Source of the DNA: Candidatus Aminicenantes bacterium
GTDB lineage: Bacteria > Acidobacteriota > Aminicenantia > Aminicenantales > JAFGBC01
Assembly: GCA_963702005.1 (NCBI GenBank)
Contig: OY969696.1
Span: 1,248,001 to 1,312,000, forward strand
Direction of reading: 5' to 3'
Length of the DNA: 64,000 bases
The notes below the pieces were generated by a model. The model worked only from the letters and a program-made list of their open reading frames with translations, was not told the origin of the DNA and did not search any database. Shown piece after piece: positions 47,779 to 57,379 of this stretch. The position numbers were made by a program, and so were the translations under genes. Numbering within the stretch: position 1 is the first letter of the stretch; each line of letters starts with the position of its first letter.

Positions 47779-48492
47779 TCATGAGCGCTCAAACCGGGAG
47801 GCGATGAAGTCGTAGAGCTCCATGTCCAGGCCGTTCATGTCCTCGATGAGCTTGCGGGTCGCCGGATTCGGGGTGTCCTCGCCGGCCGGCTCGGGCGCCG
47901 TGTTCCGGCGGTTGCAGGCCGGGACCTCCCATCCCCATTTGCGGCGGAGCCGTTCCAGGAAAACCTCGAACCTCTCCGTCGTCCCCGCTTCGAAAAAGTA
48001 CTCGGCCAGATTCGTGCGGGCCTGGTCGAGCATGGAGCGGGGGCAGTGTCCCAACGGAGCTCCCCAGCCAAGGCCGGCCAGGAGGCGCGTCTGGCCGTTA
48101 TCGAGCTCCGGGCTCAACCCGCTCAGCAGGTAGTCTTTGAGGCTCATGTCGCCGTCGATGACGGACCGATGGAGATAGTGGTCCGGCCGCCGCAGGACGA
48201 AGCGATAATGACTGACGATCCGTTCGACGGGGTTCCGAACCACGGTCAAGTAGGCCGGGGGGGGCGCTTCCTGCCAGCGGTGAACCCCGAAGGCGAAATG
48301 GCCTGCGACGCAGCGGAGCTCCCGCTTCGCCTCGGGCGACATCGTCTTCAACCGGTCGATGAGCTCCCGCGTGCTGCGGCCGTAAAAAACGAGAATCGCT
48401 TCGGGCGCGTAGCGGTTCTTGAGGACCTCCTCGACGAAGGTCGTCCCGGCGCATCTGGGGATGTGGAGAAAGAAAACCGTCTTGTCGACCAT
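47779..48492 (-). CDS. Sulfotransferase family 2 protein
   Basis: 5'-PSB FFLHIPRCAGTT, GHFAFG, 3'-PB VRNPVERIVSHY and N..DMELY; alternative start 48525. Confidence 0.85.
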   Translation of the reverse strand: MVDKTVFFLHIPRCAGTTFVEEVLKNRYAPEAILVFYGRSTRELIDRLKTMSPEAKRELRCVAGHFAFGVHRWQEAPPPAYLTVVRNPVERIVSHYRFVLRRPDHYLHRSVIDGDMSLKDYLLSGLSPELDNGQTRLLAGLGWGAPLGHCPRSMLDQARTNLAEYFFEAGTTERFEVFLERLRRKWGWEVPACNRRNTAPEPAGEDTPNPATRKLIEDMNGLDMELYDFIASRFERS

Positions 48493-48888
48493 GGCTTCTT
48501 CAAAGGCTCCGGTAAAGCCTTTCATCCTCTCTAACGATGGTCTTCCAGGATAGCTCGAACGCCCGCGTCCTGTTGCGGACATGGATATAGAGGCCGGTGC
48601 AGAGCGGTCTGATCCGCTCATCGGCCGTCGCTGCCGCGGTCGAGAGGCCAGGGATAAACGGGAGAGATCATAAGGATCTTCATCGTGCGATCCGGGATGG
48701 AAGCTATTGTAAATAAAAGCGCCGCCGGATTCAAACGGGCTCGCAGAAACCTTCTTTGAAGGCCGGGTTGATGCTTCCGGCGTTCATTTTTTTGGAATAA
48801 TTCAATTCATTGGATTAATAAATTTGGATATTTAGAAGTCGCAGGAGATAACTTATTGATAAAAAATAGATTAGCGAATATAAAATAC

Positions 48889-48904
48889 TGGCATAATTCT
48901 TGCT
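48889..48904 (+). promoter_or_regulatory. sigma54 promoter
   Basis: TGGCATAATTCTTGCT (GG-N10-GC) within an AT-rich intergenic region. Confidence 0.72.
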
Positions 48905-49043
48905 AAAAAATATATCATATGAGATATTTTACATTTCAGAGTGGAGGTGAGACTAAGGAGAGAGGCATGAATTTATGGGGATTTAGGCGGAGTCCCCTAA
49001 GGGGATTCCAGAGGAAGAGTCAATATGGAAAAAGGAGAGATCA

Positions 49044-52000
49044 TTGCGTAAGCTCATCATTTTCCTGTGCGTGCTTGCGTTAACGATCCCTGTCCTGGCC
49101 CAGCAGAGAGCCGGCAACATCTACGGCAAGGTTCTGGACCAGGAAGGGAACCCGCTCCCCGGCGCGACCGTGACCCTGACCGGCAGCCTGACGGCGCCGG
49201 TGACGGTGGTCACCTCGGCCGAGGGCAATTTCCGCTTTCTATCTCTGCCTCCGAGCGCGAATTACGCCATCAAGGTCGAGCTCCAGGGATTCAAGGCGCT
49301 GACCCGGCCCGACATCATCGTCAGTATCGGCAAGAACACCGAGATCGGCCTGACCATGGAAGTCGGCGCCCTGGAGGAAGAGATCACCGTCACGGCCACA
49401 TCCCCGGTCGTTGAAACCAAGAAAACGACCATCACTCAGACCGTGACCAGAGAAGTTCTCCAGTCCCTGCCGACGGCCCGCGACCCCTGGGTTATCCTCC
49501 AGCAGGCGGCCGGCGTCCAGGTTGACCGTGAGAACGTCGGCGGCAGCGAGTCCGGCCAGATGTCGGGCTTCATCGCCAAGGGCGGCGGAACGGAGATCTG
49601 GAGCGTCGACGGCGTCAACACCGAAGACCCGTCCTCCATTTCCTCGATCACCTACTACGACTTCGACACCTTCGAGGAGATGAACATTACCCAGGGCGGC
49701 GGCGACGTCACGGTCGCCACGGGCGGCATCCAGGTCAACCTGGTCACCCGCCGCGGCGGCAACAAGCTCAACATCGGCGGCCGCTTCTACCGCACGGACA
49801 AGAAGTTCCAGGCCGACAACCTGACCGACGCCCTCAAGAAGGAAGGCGTCGTCGGCACGAACGTCATCCGGGCCATCAAGGACTACGGCTTCAACATGGG
49901 CGGCCCGCTGATCAAGGACAAAGTCTGGTGGTGGGCGTCCTACGGCGTCCAGGATATCTGGACGAACAACATCTACGGCAACAAGGACGACACCCTTCTC
50001 CAAAACTACGCCGCCAAGGTCAACATCCAGATCCTGCCCCAGAACCGCTTCGAGGCCTTCCTCCAAGTCGGCGGCAAGGAGAAGTTTGGCCGCTCCTCGG
50101 GCTACAACTTCCCCCTCGGCTACCACCAGCAGAGCAAGTATTATTTCGGCACCCCCATCCTCAAGCTGGAGGACGAGCATATGTTCGGGGACAACTTCCT
50201 ACTGTCCGCCAAATACGCGTTCAGCGGCGGCGGCTTCATGTTCCTGCCCATGGCCGACGAGTCCTTCACCCATTGGCTCCAGCACAATGTGACGACCGAT
50301 ATCTTCGAGAACTCCTACTGGAACTACGGCGCTTCCCGCCCGACCCACTCGGCTCGGCTCTTGGGCAACTACTTCAACGACAACCTGTTCGGCCTCAGCC
50401 ATGAGCTCAAGTTCGGCGCCGAGTACCGGAGCAGCACGGGCGCTCACTACAGCACGACCCCCGGCAACACCTACCGGGACATCAACATCAATTACACCAC
50501 GCTCGACATCAACGGCGACGGCGAGCCGGACATGGTGCCCGGCATCAATACCCTCTATGTCTTCCGGGGCTGGCAGGACAACAACCACGTCACCGAGTAC
50601 ACGGGCTACCTCAGCGACACGATCACCAAAGGCCGCTTCAACCTGATCCTCGGCCTCCGCTACAGCTACATGAAGCCCGAGATCATGGCCTTCACGATGA
50701 ACGCGGTCGAAAAGAACAGCCCCGTCTGGCAGAACAACTTCAGCGCGACGGCGGCCGACGCCATCGCTCGGGTCCTCCCTGGGCTTGATGTCCCGGCCCA
50801 GACCGGCAGCTACAAGTGGTCCTTCCTCTCGCCCCGGATCGGCATGACCTACGACTTGTCCGGCGACGGGAAGACCATCGCCAAGTTGTCGGCGGCCCAG
50901 TACGGCGACTGGATGGGCACGGGCGAGGGCAGCTACTACGAGCCCCTCGGACTGGGCGGCTGGATGAACTTCTACTGGATGGACAACAACACGAACGGGA
51001 TCGTCGACGCGACCGAGCTCTACTGGTACACCGCGTCGAGCTACGCCCCCAACCAGGTCTTCAACGACGCCGGGGCCCTCATCGGCGACGTCAGCGGCGC
51101 CAAGGGCCTCATGTGGGGCGACTACGACATCAACAACCCGCAGAGCTTCAGCTCCCCCCGCTACACGATCGACAAGAGCGTCAACTCCCCGCGGGTCCAG
51201 GAAATCCTGTTCTCTCTCGAACGGGAAGTCCTGCCCGACCTGGGTGTCGCCATCGACCTCAGCTACCGCAAGTTCGATCACTTCAACTGGTACGTGGCCT
51301 ACGATCCCGCCACCGGCGACAAGGCCGACAAGGGCGAGTACGTCCAGGTCGGCACGATCCCCAACCAGGTCGGCCCCTATTCCACGGGCGACGCGGCCGG
51401 CAAGCCCTACTACATGCTCAAGGCCGGCGTTGCCTCCAGATTCTACCGGCTATACGAGCGGCAACCCGACTACTACCGCGACTTCCTGGGCGCCGAACTC
51501 CGGGTGACCAAGCGCCTCTCCAACAAGTGGATGCTCGATGCTTCGTTCACCTACCAGGATCAGAAGCAGCACTTCGGCAGCAACGGGTATGCCGACGGCG
51601 CAACCATGACGAACCTCTGGGCCCTCGACGGTCAGGTTTGGGGGCCTAACCTCGGCGCGGCCAGCGGAAAGATCGGCAGCAACGTCTACTCCAAGTGGCT
51701 ATTCAAGGCCTCCGGCCTGTATCAGCTCCCGCTCGACTTCAACATCTCCTTCTCCTTCAATGCCCGCCAAGGACACTTCCTCCTCGAGCAGGCCACCATC
51801 ACCGACTATAGCGCTCCCAACGCCCTGAACCGCAGCGTCCGGGTCTACCTGAGTCCCAACGGCTCCGACCGCCTCCCCACCTTCTACAACCTGAACATGC
51901 GGCTCGAGAAGGTCCTCAAGGCCGGCGACTACGGGAAGATCTACATCATGGCCGACGTCTTCAACGCCCTGAACTCTTCCATCCTGAACAGACGCTACGA

Positions 52001-52121
52001 CAAGTACCACGGAACCTATTACACAACGACCGGCGCCTTCGTCCAGAACGCGACCGACAACCTCGCCAACGAAGTCCTCAACCCGCGCATCCTCCGGCTG
52101 GGCGTCCGCTTCCAGTTCTAA
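49044..52121 (+). CDS. TonB-dependent/Oar-like outer membrane receptor with an N-terminal carboxypeptidase-regulatory-like domain
   Basis: Signal peptide, G.V.DQEG.PLPGATV, plug LPTARDPW..L, SPRIG..YD and C-terminal PRILRLGVRFQF; TTG start with SD AAGGAG. Confidence 0.9.
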   Translation: MRKLIIFLCVLALTIPVLAQQRAGNIYGKVLDQEGNPLPGATVTLTGSLTAPVTVVTSAEGNFRFLSLPPSANYAIKVELQGFKALTRPDIIVSIGKNTEIGLTMEVGALEEEITVTATSPVVETKKTTITQTVTREVLQSLPTARDPWVILQQAAGVQVDRENVGGSESGQMSGFIAKGGGTEIWSVDGVNTEDPSSISSITYYDFDTFEEMNITQGGGDVTVATGGIQVNLVTRRGGNKLNIGGRFYRTDKKFQADNLTDALKKEGVVGTNVIRAIKDYGFNMGGPLIKDKVWWWASYGVQDIWTNNIYGNKDDTLLQNYAAKVNIQILPQNRFEAFLQVGGKEKFGRSSGYNFPLGYHQQSKYYFGTPILKLEDEHMFGDNFLLSAKYAFSGGGFMFLPMADESFTHWLQHNVTTDIFENSYWNYGASRPTHSARLLGNYFNDNLFGLSHELKFGAEYRSSTGAHYSTTPGNTYRDININYTTLDINGDGEPDMVPGINTLYVFRGWQDNNHVTEYTGYLSDTITKGRFNLILGLRYSYMKPEIMAFTMNAVEKNSPVWQNNFSATAADAIARVLPGLDVPAQTGSYKWSFLSPRIGMTYDLSGDGKTIAKLSAAQYGDWMGTGEGSYYEPLGLGGWMNFYWMDNNTNGIVDATELYWYTASSYAPNQVFNDAGALIGDVSGAKGLMWGDYDINNPQSFSSPRYTIDKSVNSPRVQEILFSLEREVLPDLGVAIDLSYRKFDHFNWYVAYDPATGDKADKGEYVQVGTIPNQVGPYSTGDAAGKPYYMLKAGVASRFYRLYERQPDYYRDFLGAELRVTKRLSNKWMLDASFTYQDQKQHFGSNGYADGATMTNLWALDGQVWGPNLGAASGKIGSNVYSKWLFKASGLYQLPLDFNISFSFNARQGHFLLEQATITDYSAPNALNRSVRVYLSPNGSDRLPTFYNLNMRLEKVLKAGDYGKIYIMADVFNALNSSILNRRYDKYHGTYYTTTGAFVQNATDNLANEVLNPRILRLGVRFQF

Positions 52122-52146
52122 GCTCACTCTTACCCCGCTAGAGCTC

Positions 52147-52183
52147 AAGCCCCTCCCTTCGCTCGAAGGGAGGGGCTTTTTTT
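52147..52183 (+). terminator. Rho-independent terminator
   Basis: GCCCCTCCCTTCG/CGAAGGGAGGGGC stem followed by T7. Confidence 0.9.
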
Positions 52184-52394
52184 GTACCATGCCCGCTCGG
52201 TCTCTCATACGGCCTTCTTCGCCATCCCCCCCCTCGCCCTTACCTCAGGCGTTCTTAACTCATTGTTTTATTCTCAGGCTGACCTCCACATGGTCGCTTC
52301 TTCCCGCTTTCAAAGCCCTCTTTCGGTGAGCGCCTTTTCGATGATTAGTCTTCAAACTAAAAACCGGATTTTGGACTAAGGATGAGGAATAGGC

Positions 52395-53576
52395 TTAGAC
52401 CTGAACGTTAGCCTTGAAGTATTTTTTGATCAAGGTCAGCCAGCGGCTCCCGTAGCCGATCTTTTGTCCGTTCATCCCCTCGAAGACGCTCGGCTCGAAG
52501 GCCGATCCCTCGTAATGCTCGTTATAGCTCGTGAGGTGGACGCCGCGGATCCGGGGGACCTCCTCGAAAAGAGCCTTGACCTGCTGGACGAAGGCCTCGC
52601 CCTCGCCCTGCTGGCAGACGAGGACCCGGCTCTTGCCGTCCTTGGGGTCGATGTTGCCGTTCCCGTCGTGGAAGGTGAACTGGACGGGGAGGAGGAGCTG
52701 GGTGTTCGGGGCATAGGTCTTGAGGAGGGACACCCAGGTCCGCACCATGCGGACGTATTCGGCCCGGAAACCGTCCTTGAGGCTCCCCCAGGTCTTGGCG
52801 ACGTAGACCGGGTTCATCCCGTAACAAGTGATGGCGTCGTACCAGTTGGGCCGGGTGAAGCGGTCGGTCTCCCAGCGTTCCGGAGGGAAGAAGATGGGCT
52901 CGCTTCCGATGAGATAAACCTTCTTGCGGGCCTTGGCGCTCGTCGCGTCGAAATATTTTAAATTATCGAGCCAGATATAGAGGACGGGACGGCCGTCGAT
53001 CCGGTGGTAGTTCTCGGCGCCGAAATGGTTGGCTTCCAGATAATCGATGTCGGCCAGGAACGTTTCCCGGTTGTAAGGGTCCCGGAAATCGAAATAATAT
53101 TTCTTTTTCCATTCGGCATCGACCGGCCGGCCGGGCGGAGCGAAAGACGGTCCTCCGGCCGCTCCCGGGGGCGAATCGAGGACCCTGGACTGGCGGAGCC
53201 GGCCCGTGATCTCATACAGGAAGCAGAACTTGCGGCTGGCGAAGTTGGCGGCCTTGAGGTAGGCTTGCTGGAATAAAAGGTAGCTGGCGCTGGTCGGTCC
53301 CCACCAGGAAACGCAGTCAACCGGGATAGAGAAAAAATTTTTCTCTTCGTTCTGGCCTTCGACGACCCGGATGTCTCCCGAGTCGTAGTGGCCGCGCAGG
53401 GGATCGGTATAGACATGCTTGGACCAGGGAAGCCGGTACCAAGCGTAATGGTCGATCAGGACTTCAGCCGGCTTGACGCGCGGCGCCGGCGCGCGTTCCC
53501 GGCCGAATCCGGACCGGTCAAGGAGCGAGGCCGCTCCCGCTGCTCCGAACGTCTTCAGCAGGTCGCGCCGTTTCAT
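52395..53576 (-). CDS. Tat-exported GH99-like glycoside hydrolase
   Basis: MKRRDLLK twin-arginine signal, HYAWY, P.RG.YDS, SWWG, IDGRPVLY and TSYNEHYEG. Confidence 0.7.
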   Translation of the reverse strand: MKRRDLLKTFGAAGAASLLDRSGFGRERAPAPRVKPAEVLIDHYAWYRLPWSKHVYTDPLRGHYDSGDIRVVEGQNEEKNFFSIPVDCVSWWGPTSASYLLFQQAYLKAANFASRKFCFLYEITGRLRQSRVLDSPPGAAGGPSFAPPGRPVDAEWKKKYYFDFRDPYNRETFLADIDYLEANHFGAENYHRIDGRPVLYIWLDNLKYFDATSAKARKKVYLIGSEPIFFPPERWETDRFTRPNWYDAITCYGMNPVYVAKTWGSLKDGFRAEYVRMVRTWVSLLKTYAPNTQLLLPVQFTFHDGNGNIDPKDGKSRVLVCQQGEGEAFVQQVKALFEEVPRIRGVHLTSYNEHYEGSAFEPSVFEGMNGQKIGYGSRWLTLIKKYFKANVQV

Positions 53577-53627
53577 GCGTCCGTCTCTTCCGGTCAATCC
53601 ATTATTAGCAGAGGCCTCCGGCGTCGT

Positions 53628-53751
53628 CAATCCCCTCGCGGGATTCCACGGACGTTAGTCCGCGGAGGAATAGCCATCTCCCCGCTTCGGGGACAGGCGC
53701 TCCTACGCCTGAAATAAGCAGATCCCACGGACGTGAGTCCGTGGAGCTTCA
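53628..53751 (+). mobile_element. Non-autonomous IS200/IS605-derived miniature element (PATE-like)
   Basis: Two related hairpins, TCCACGGAC-GTTA-GTCCGCGGA (53645-53666) and CCACGGAC-GTGA-GTCCGTGG (53725-53744), followed by AGCTTCA; no transposase ORF. Confidence 0.6.
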
Positions 53752-53772
53752 GTACGGGCGGCGGACGACGGC

Positions 53773-54900
53773 TCAGAGAATCTCCCGGACCAGCCCGGCC
53801 GCCAGCTCCCCGATGGCCGGCGCCGCGGTCAGGCCCGGGGATTCGATCCCGATCAAGTTGACGAGGCCGGGCAGCCCCTTGTCCTCCTCGCGGCGGATGA
53901 CGAAATCCCGGAAGCCTTCTCCCTCGCCCTGGAGCTTGGGGCGGATCCCGGCCATGGCCGGCTCGATGTCGTCCGGCTCGATTAGCGGAAGGTATGGCCG
54001 GGCGGATTCATAGAACTGGTTCCGGTGGCCGGGGTCGACGTTGTAGTCGAGGGCTACGACGTAAAAGGCATTGGGGCCAAGCTTCATCTCGCCCTGGAGG
54101 TCGAGCGTGATGTGGACTCCCAGGCCGCCGCTCTCGAGCCGGGGAACGGGGTAGATGAGGCGGCCGACCGAGGTGGCGGGCCGCCGCCGCAGGCGGAAAT
54201 ATTCGCCCTTGCAGGGGCGGATCCGGTAGCCGGCCCGGTCGGGGTCGATGCCGGCGAACGACGCCATCCGATCGCTCTCAAGGCCCGCGCAATTGACGAC
54301 GGCCCGCGCGCGGAAGGACAGCGCCTCGGCCCGCTCCCGTATCCGGACCGTGAAGCCTCTCGGGTTCGGGTCGAGGCCGACGACGTCCGTATTATAGAGG
54401 AATGTTGCGCCGCGGCTGCGGGCGGCTCCTTCGAGATATCTCATCAGGCCGTGGCTGTCGACAATCCCGGCCGAGGGCGAGAGGAGGGCCGCTTCGCCCC
54501 GGACGTTGGGCTCCAGCTTCGCCAGCTCATCCTTGGATAAGAGGACGAGGTCGTTGACTCCGCTGAGCCGGCCGTTCCGGGCGAGCTCCTCGAGGTCGGA
54601 GACCTCCTCGGGCCGGGCGGCTACGACGAGCTTCCCCATTCGGACGTGGGGGATGCCGCTCTTTTCGCAGAGTTCGTAGATCAGAGCCCGCCCCCGGATG
54701 CAGAGCCGGGCCTTGAGCGAATCGGGCGGATAGTAGATTCCCGAGTGGACGACCTCGCTGTTGCGGCTGCTCGTCTCCTGTCCGAAGCCGTCGTGCCGCT
54801 CGACGACGCAGACCTCGAGGCCGGGGCGGGCGACGCTCGCGGCGACGGCCAGGCCGACGACCCCGGCGCCGATGACGGCGACGTCGAATGAATAATCCAT
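53773..54900 (-). CDS. FAD-dependent oxidoreductase, L-2-hydroxyglutarate oxidase (LhgO)-like
   Basis: VIGAGVVG, ETSSRNSEVVHSGIYY, KGEYF, GLGVH.T.D and GIESPGLTA; start MDYS at 54900. Confidence 0.88.
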   Translation of the reverse strand: MDYSFDVAVIGAGVVGLAVAASVARPGLEVCVVERHDGFGQETSSRNSEVVHSGIYYPPDSLKARLCIRGRALIYELCEKSGIPHVRMGKLVVAARPEEVSDLEELARNGRLSGVNDLVLLSKDELAKLEPNVRGEAALLSPSAGIVDSHGLMRYLEGAARSRGATFLYNTDVVGLDPNPRGFTVRIRERAEALSFRARAVVNCAGLESDRMASFAGIDPDRAGYRIRPCKGEYFRLRRRPATSVGRLIYPVPRLESGGLGVHITLDLQGEMKLGPNAFYVVALDYNVDPGHRNQFYESARPYLPLIEPDDIEPAMAGIRPKLQGEGEGFRDFVIRREEDKGLPGLVNLIGIESPGLTAAPAIGELAAGLVREIL

Positions 54901-55031
54901 GGGCCGGAAGTCTATCATAAATAATCCCAAGGAAAAAAAGAAGGGCTTCCAACAGGGTCTCGCTCTCAAGCGGGCTGGCGGCCCCGTCCCAAGCCGAAAG
55001 GCATTCTTCGGCCTCGGACCTAAAACGCGAT

Positions 55032-55060
55032 TTGACCCCATTTGTCGAGTATGGTATAAA
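55032..55060 (+). promoter_or_regulatory. sigma70-like promoter (extended -10), near-leaderless
   Basis: TTGACC-17 nt-TATAAA with TGG extension; ATG 9 nt downstream. Confidence 0.55.
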
Positions 55061-55069
55061 CTGCCGGAC

Positions 55070-56011
55070 ATGGAACCTGCCGATCGGATTCCCCCTCTGC
55101 GAAAGTGGGTCGTCGCGGCCCGCCCCTGGGCCCTGCCGGCATCGACCATGCCGGTCCTGTTTGGGACTTCGCTGGCCGTCGTCGTGGGCCGCGCGCCCTT
55201 CTCCCCTGTCCGCTTTCTGTTGGCCCTGGCCGCCATGGTCATTCTCCATTCGGCCGGCAACATGCTCAGCGACGTATTCGATTTTAAGCGGGGCCTCGAC
55301 CGCGAGGCGACTCCGCTCAGCGGCGCCATCATCCGCGGCTGGCTGTCGGCCCGACAAGTTGTCCGCGGCTCCATCGTCCTGTTTGCCGCGGGCTCGGCCT
55401 TGGGAGTTCTCCTGGCCGTTCTATCCAGCCCGGTCCTTCTCGGGGTCGGCGGGGCCGGCCTCCTCCTCGGCGCCGGCTATTCATTCCTCAAGCGCTACGC
55501 CCTGGGCGATCTGGCCGTGTTCCTTAACTTCGGGATTCTGGGCGCGCTTGGGGCCTGGATCGTCCAGACGCGCTCCTTCTCCTGGATCCCCGTCGTATGG
55601 ACGGTGCCGATGGCCATGCTGGTCAGCGGCATCCTCCACGCCAATAACTGGCGGGATTCGGCCTCGGACCGGGAACGGGGCGTCTCGTCCTTCGCCTCCG
55701 TCCTCGGCGACAGGGGCTCGCTCGTCTATTACGGATTCCTGATCTTCGGCCCATTCGCGATCGTGTTGACGCTCATCGTCCTGCCACAGGCTACGGCCGC
55801 ATCGTTCCCGGGTATGCCCTGGACATTCCTCCTTGTCTTCCTCGCCCTGCCCAGGGCGATCTCGCTCTTCGGCCGCGGGCTGCGCAGACACGCTCCTCAT
55901 CATCCGTGGGATTTCGTGGTCCTCGACGGCGCCACGGCCCAATACAATCTTCTCTACGGACTCCTGTCCACGGCCGCTGTCTGGCTTAGTCTCCTGGTCA
56001 GATTTATCTAA
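55070..56011 (+). CDS. menA: UbiA-family prenyltransferase, MenA-like
   Basis: AARPWALPAS, NMLSDVFDFKRG.D and HANNWRD..SD..G motifs. Confidence 0.75.
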   Translation: MEPADRIPPLRKWVVAARPWALPASTMPVLFGTSLAVVVGRAPFSPVRFLLALAAMVILHSAGNMLSDVFDFKRGLDREATPLSGAIIRGWLSARQVVRGSIVLFAAGSALGVLLAVLSSPVLLGVGGAGLLLGAGYSFLKRYALGDLAVFLNFGILGALGAWIVQTRSFSWIPVVWTVPMAMLVSGILHANNWRDSASDRERGVSSFASVLGDRGSLVYYGFLIFGPFAIVLTLIVLPQATAASFPGMPWTFLLVFLALPRAISLFGRGLRRHAPHHPWDFVVLDGATAQYNLLYGLLSTAAVWLSLLVRFI

Positions 56012-56018
56012 GTTAAAA

Positions 56019-56095
56019 AATTCGGGGGACACACGACTTAATTCCGGCTTAGGGCAAGACTGAAATATGGAATTAAGTCGTGTGTCCCCCGAATT
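56019..56095. repeat. 27-bp perfect inverted repeat with a 23-nt spacer (REP/MITE-like)
   Basis: AATTCGGGGGACACACGACTTAATTCC (56019-56045) and its reverse complement (56069-56095). Confidence 0.85.
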
Positions 56096-56152
56096 ATTGC
56101 ATTTAATGATGAGGACGGTTATCATGGAAAAAAAGTCCGAGGAGGAATCGGC

Positions 56153-57379
56153 ATGAAACAATGGGCGTTCGTTCTTGTCCTGGCGATCCCGGTCTTGGCC
56201 GCGGGCGGCTGCGTCGGAAAGAAGGCGGCGGCTCCCGCGGCCGGCTTCCGGGCCGACGTCGATTTTATTAAACAATACACGGAGGTCGCGCTGCTCGCCG
56301 GCGAGGGAGGGGCCGAAGTCGCCGTCTGCCCCGGGCTCCAGGGCCGGGTCATGACGAGCTCGGCCGGCGGGACGGGGGCCACGGGGTTCGGCTGGATCAA
56401 TCGCGAGCTGATCGCCTCGGGCCGGAACAACCCCCACATGAACGCTTTCGGGGGCGAGGACCGTTTCTGGCTGGGCCCCGAGGGCGGCCAGTTTTCGATC
56501 TTCTTCAAGGCCGGCGATCCCTTCGACCTCGATCATTGGTGGACGCCGCCGCCCGTCAACGAGGGCGCTTTCGACGTCGTGGCCCGTGACGCGGCCCGGA
56601 TCGAGTTCGCGAAGCCGATGCATCTCGTCAATTATTCGGGCACGGGCTTCGACCTCAAGGTCGGCCGCGTCGTCCGGACGCTCGGCCGGGCCGAGGCCGA
56701 AGCGCTGCTCGGGATCGCCCTCCCGGCCGGTCTCAAATTAGTCGCTTACGCCTCGGAGAACAGACTGACCAACGCCGGCCCGTCCGCCTGGCGGAAGGAG
56801 ACCGGCCTCCTCTCGGTCTGGATTCTGGGCATGTTTAACCCGGCGCCCCGGATGACGGTCATCGTCCCCTTCCAGTCCGGACCCGAGTCCGAGCTCGGCC
56901 CGGCCGTCAACGACGCCTATTTCGGCAAGGTCCCGGCCGACCGGCTCGTTGTCATGGACGGAGTCCTCTTCTTCAAGGGGGACGGGCTCCGCCGCAGCAA
57001 GATAGGCCTTTCACCGCTCCGGACCAAATCCGTCCTGGGGAGCTATGACCCGGACCTCGGCGTCCTGACCATCGTCAACTTCAACTTCCCCGAGGGCGCC
57101 CGGGACTACGTCAATTCGATGTGGCAGATCCAGGATAAACCCTACGGCGGAGACGTTGCTAATTCTTACAACGACGGCCCGGCTCAGCCCGGCGCCAAGC
57201 CGCTCGGTCCCTTCTACGAGCTCGAGACCTCCTCGCCGGCGGCGGCGCTCGATCCCGGCGCTTCGCTCGTCCACATCCACAGGACCTTCCACCTGGTCGG
57301 TCCCAAGGACGACCTCGACCGCGTAGCTTTGGCCGTGCTCGGCGTCGGCCTGGGCGAGATCGAAGCGGTCTTCAAATGA
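56153..57379 (+). CDS. Lipoprotein, DUF6786-like
   Basis: Lipobox-like AGGC, GRVMTSS, GGEDRFWLGPEG and SYNDGP..LGPFYELETSSPA; SD GAGGAGG. Confidence 0.7.
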   Translation: MKQWAFVLVLAIPVLAAGGCVGKKAAAPAAGFRADVDFIKQYTEVALLAGEGGAEVAVCPGLQGRVMTSSAGGTGATGFGWINRELIASGRNNPHMNAFGGEDRFWLGPEGGQFSIFFKAGDPFDLDHWWTPPPVNEGAFDVVARDAARIEFAKPMHLVNYSGTGFDLKVGRVVRTLGRAEAEALLGIALPAGLKLVAYASENRLTNAGPSAWRKETGLLSVWILGMFNPAPRMTVIVPFQSGPESELGPAVNDAYFGKVPADRLVVMDGVLFFKGDGLRRSKIGLSPLRTKSVLGSYDPDLGVLTIVNFNFPEGARDYVNSMWQIQDKPYGGDVANSYNDGPAQPGAKPLGPFYELETSSPAAALDPGASLVHIHRTFHLVGPKDDLDRVALAVLGVGLGEIEAVFK

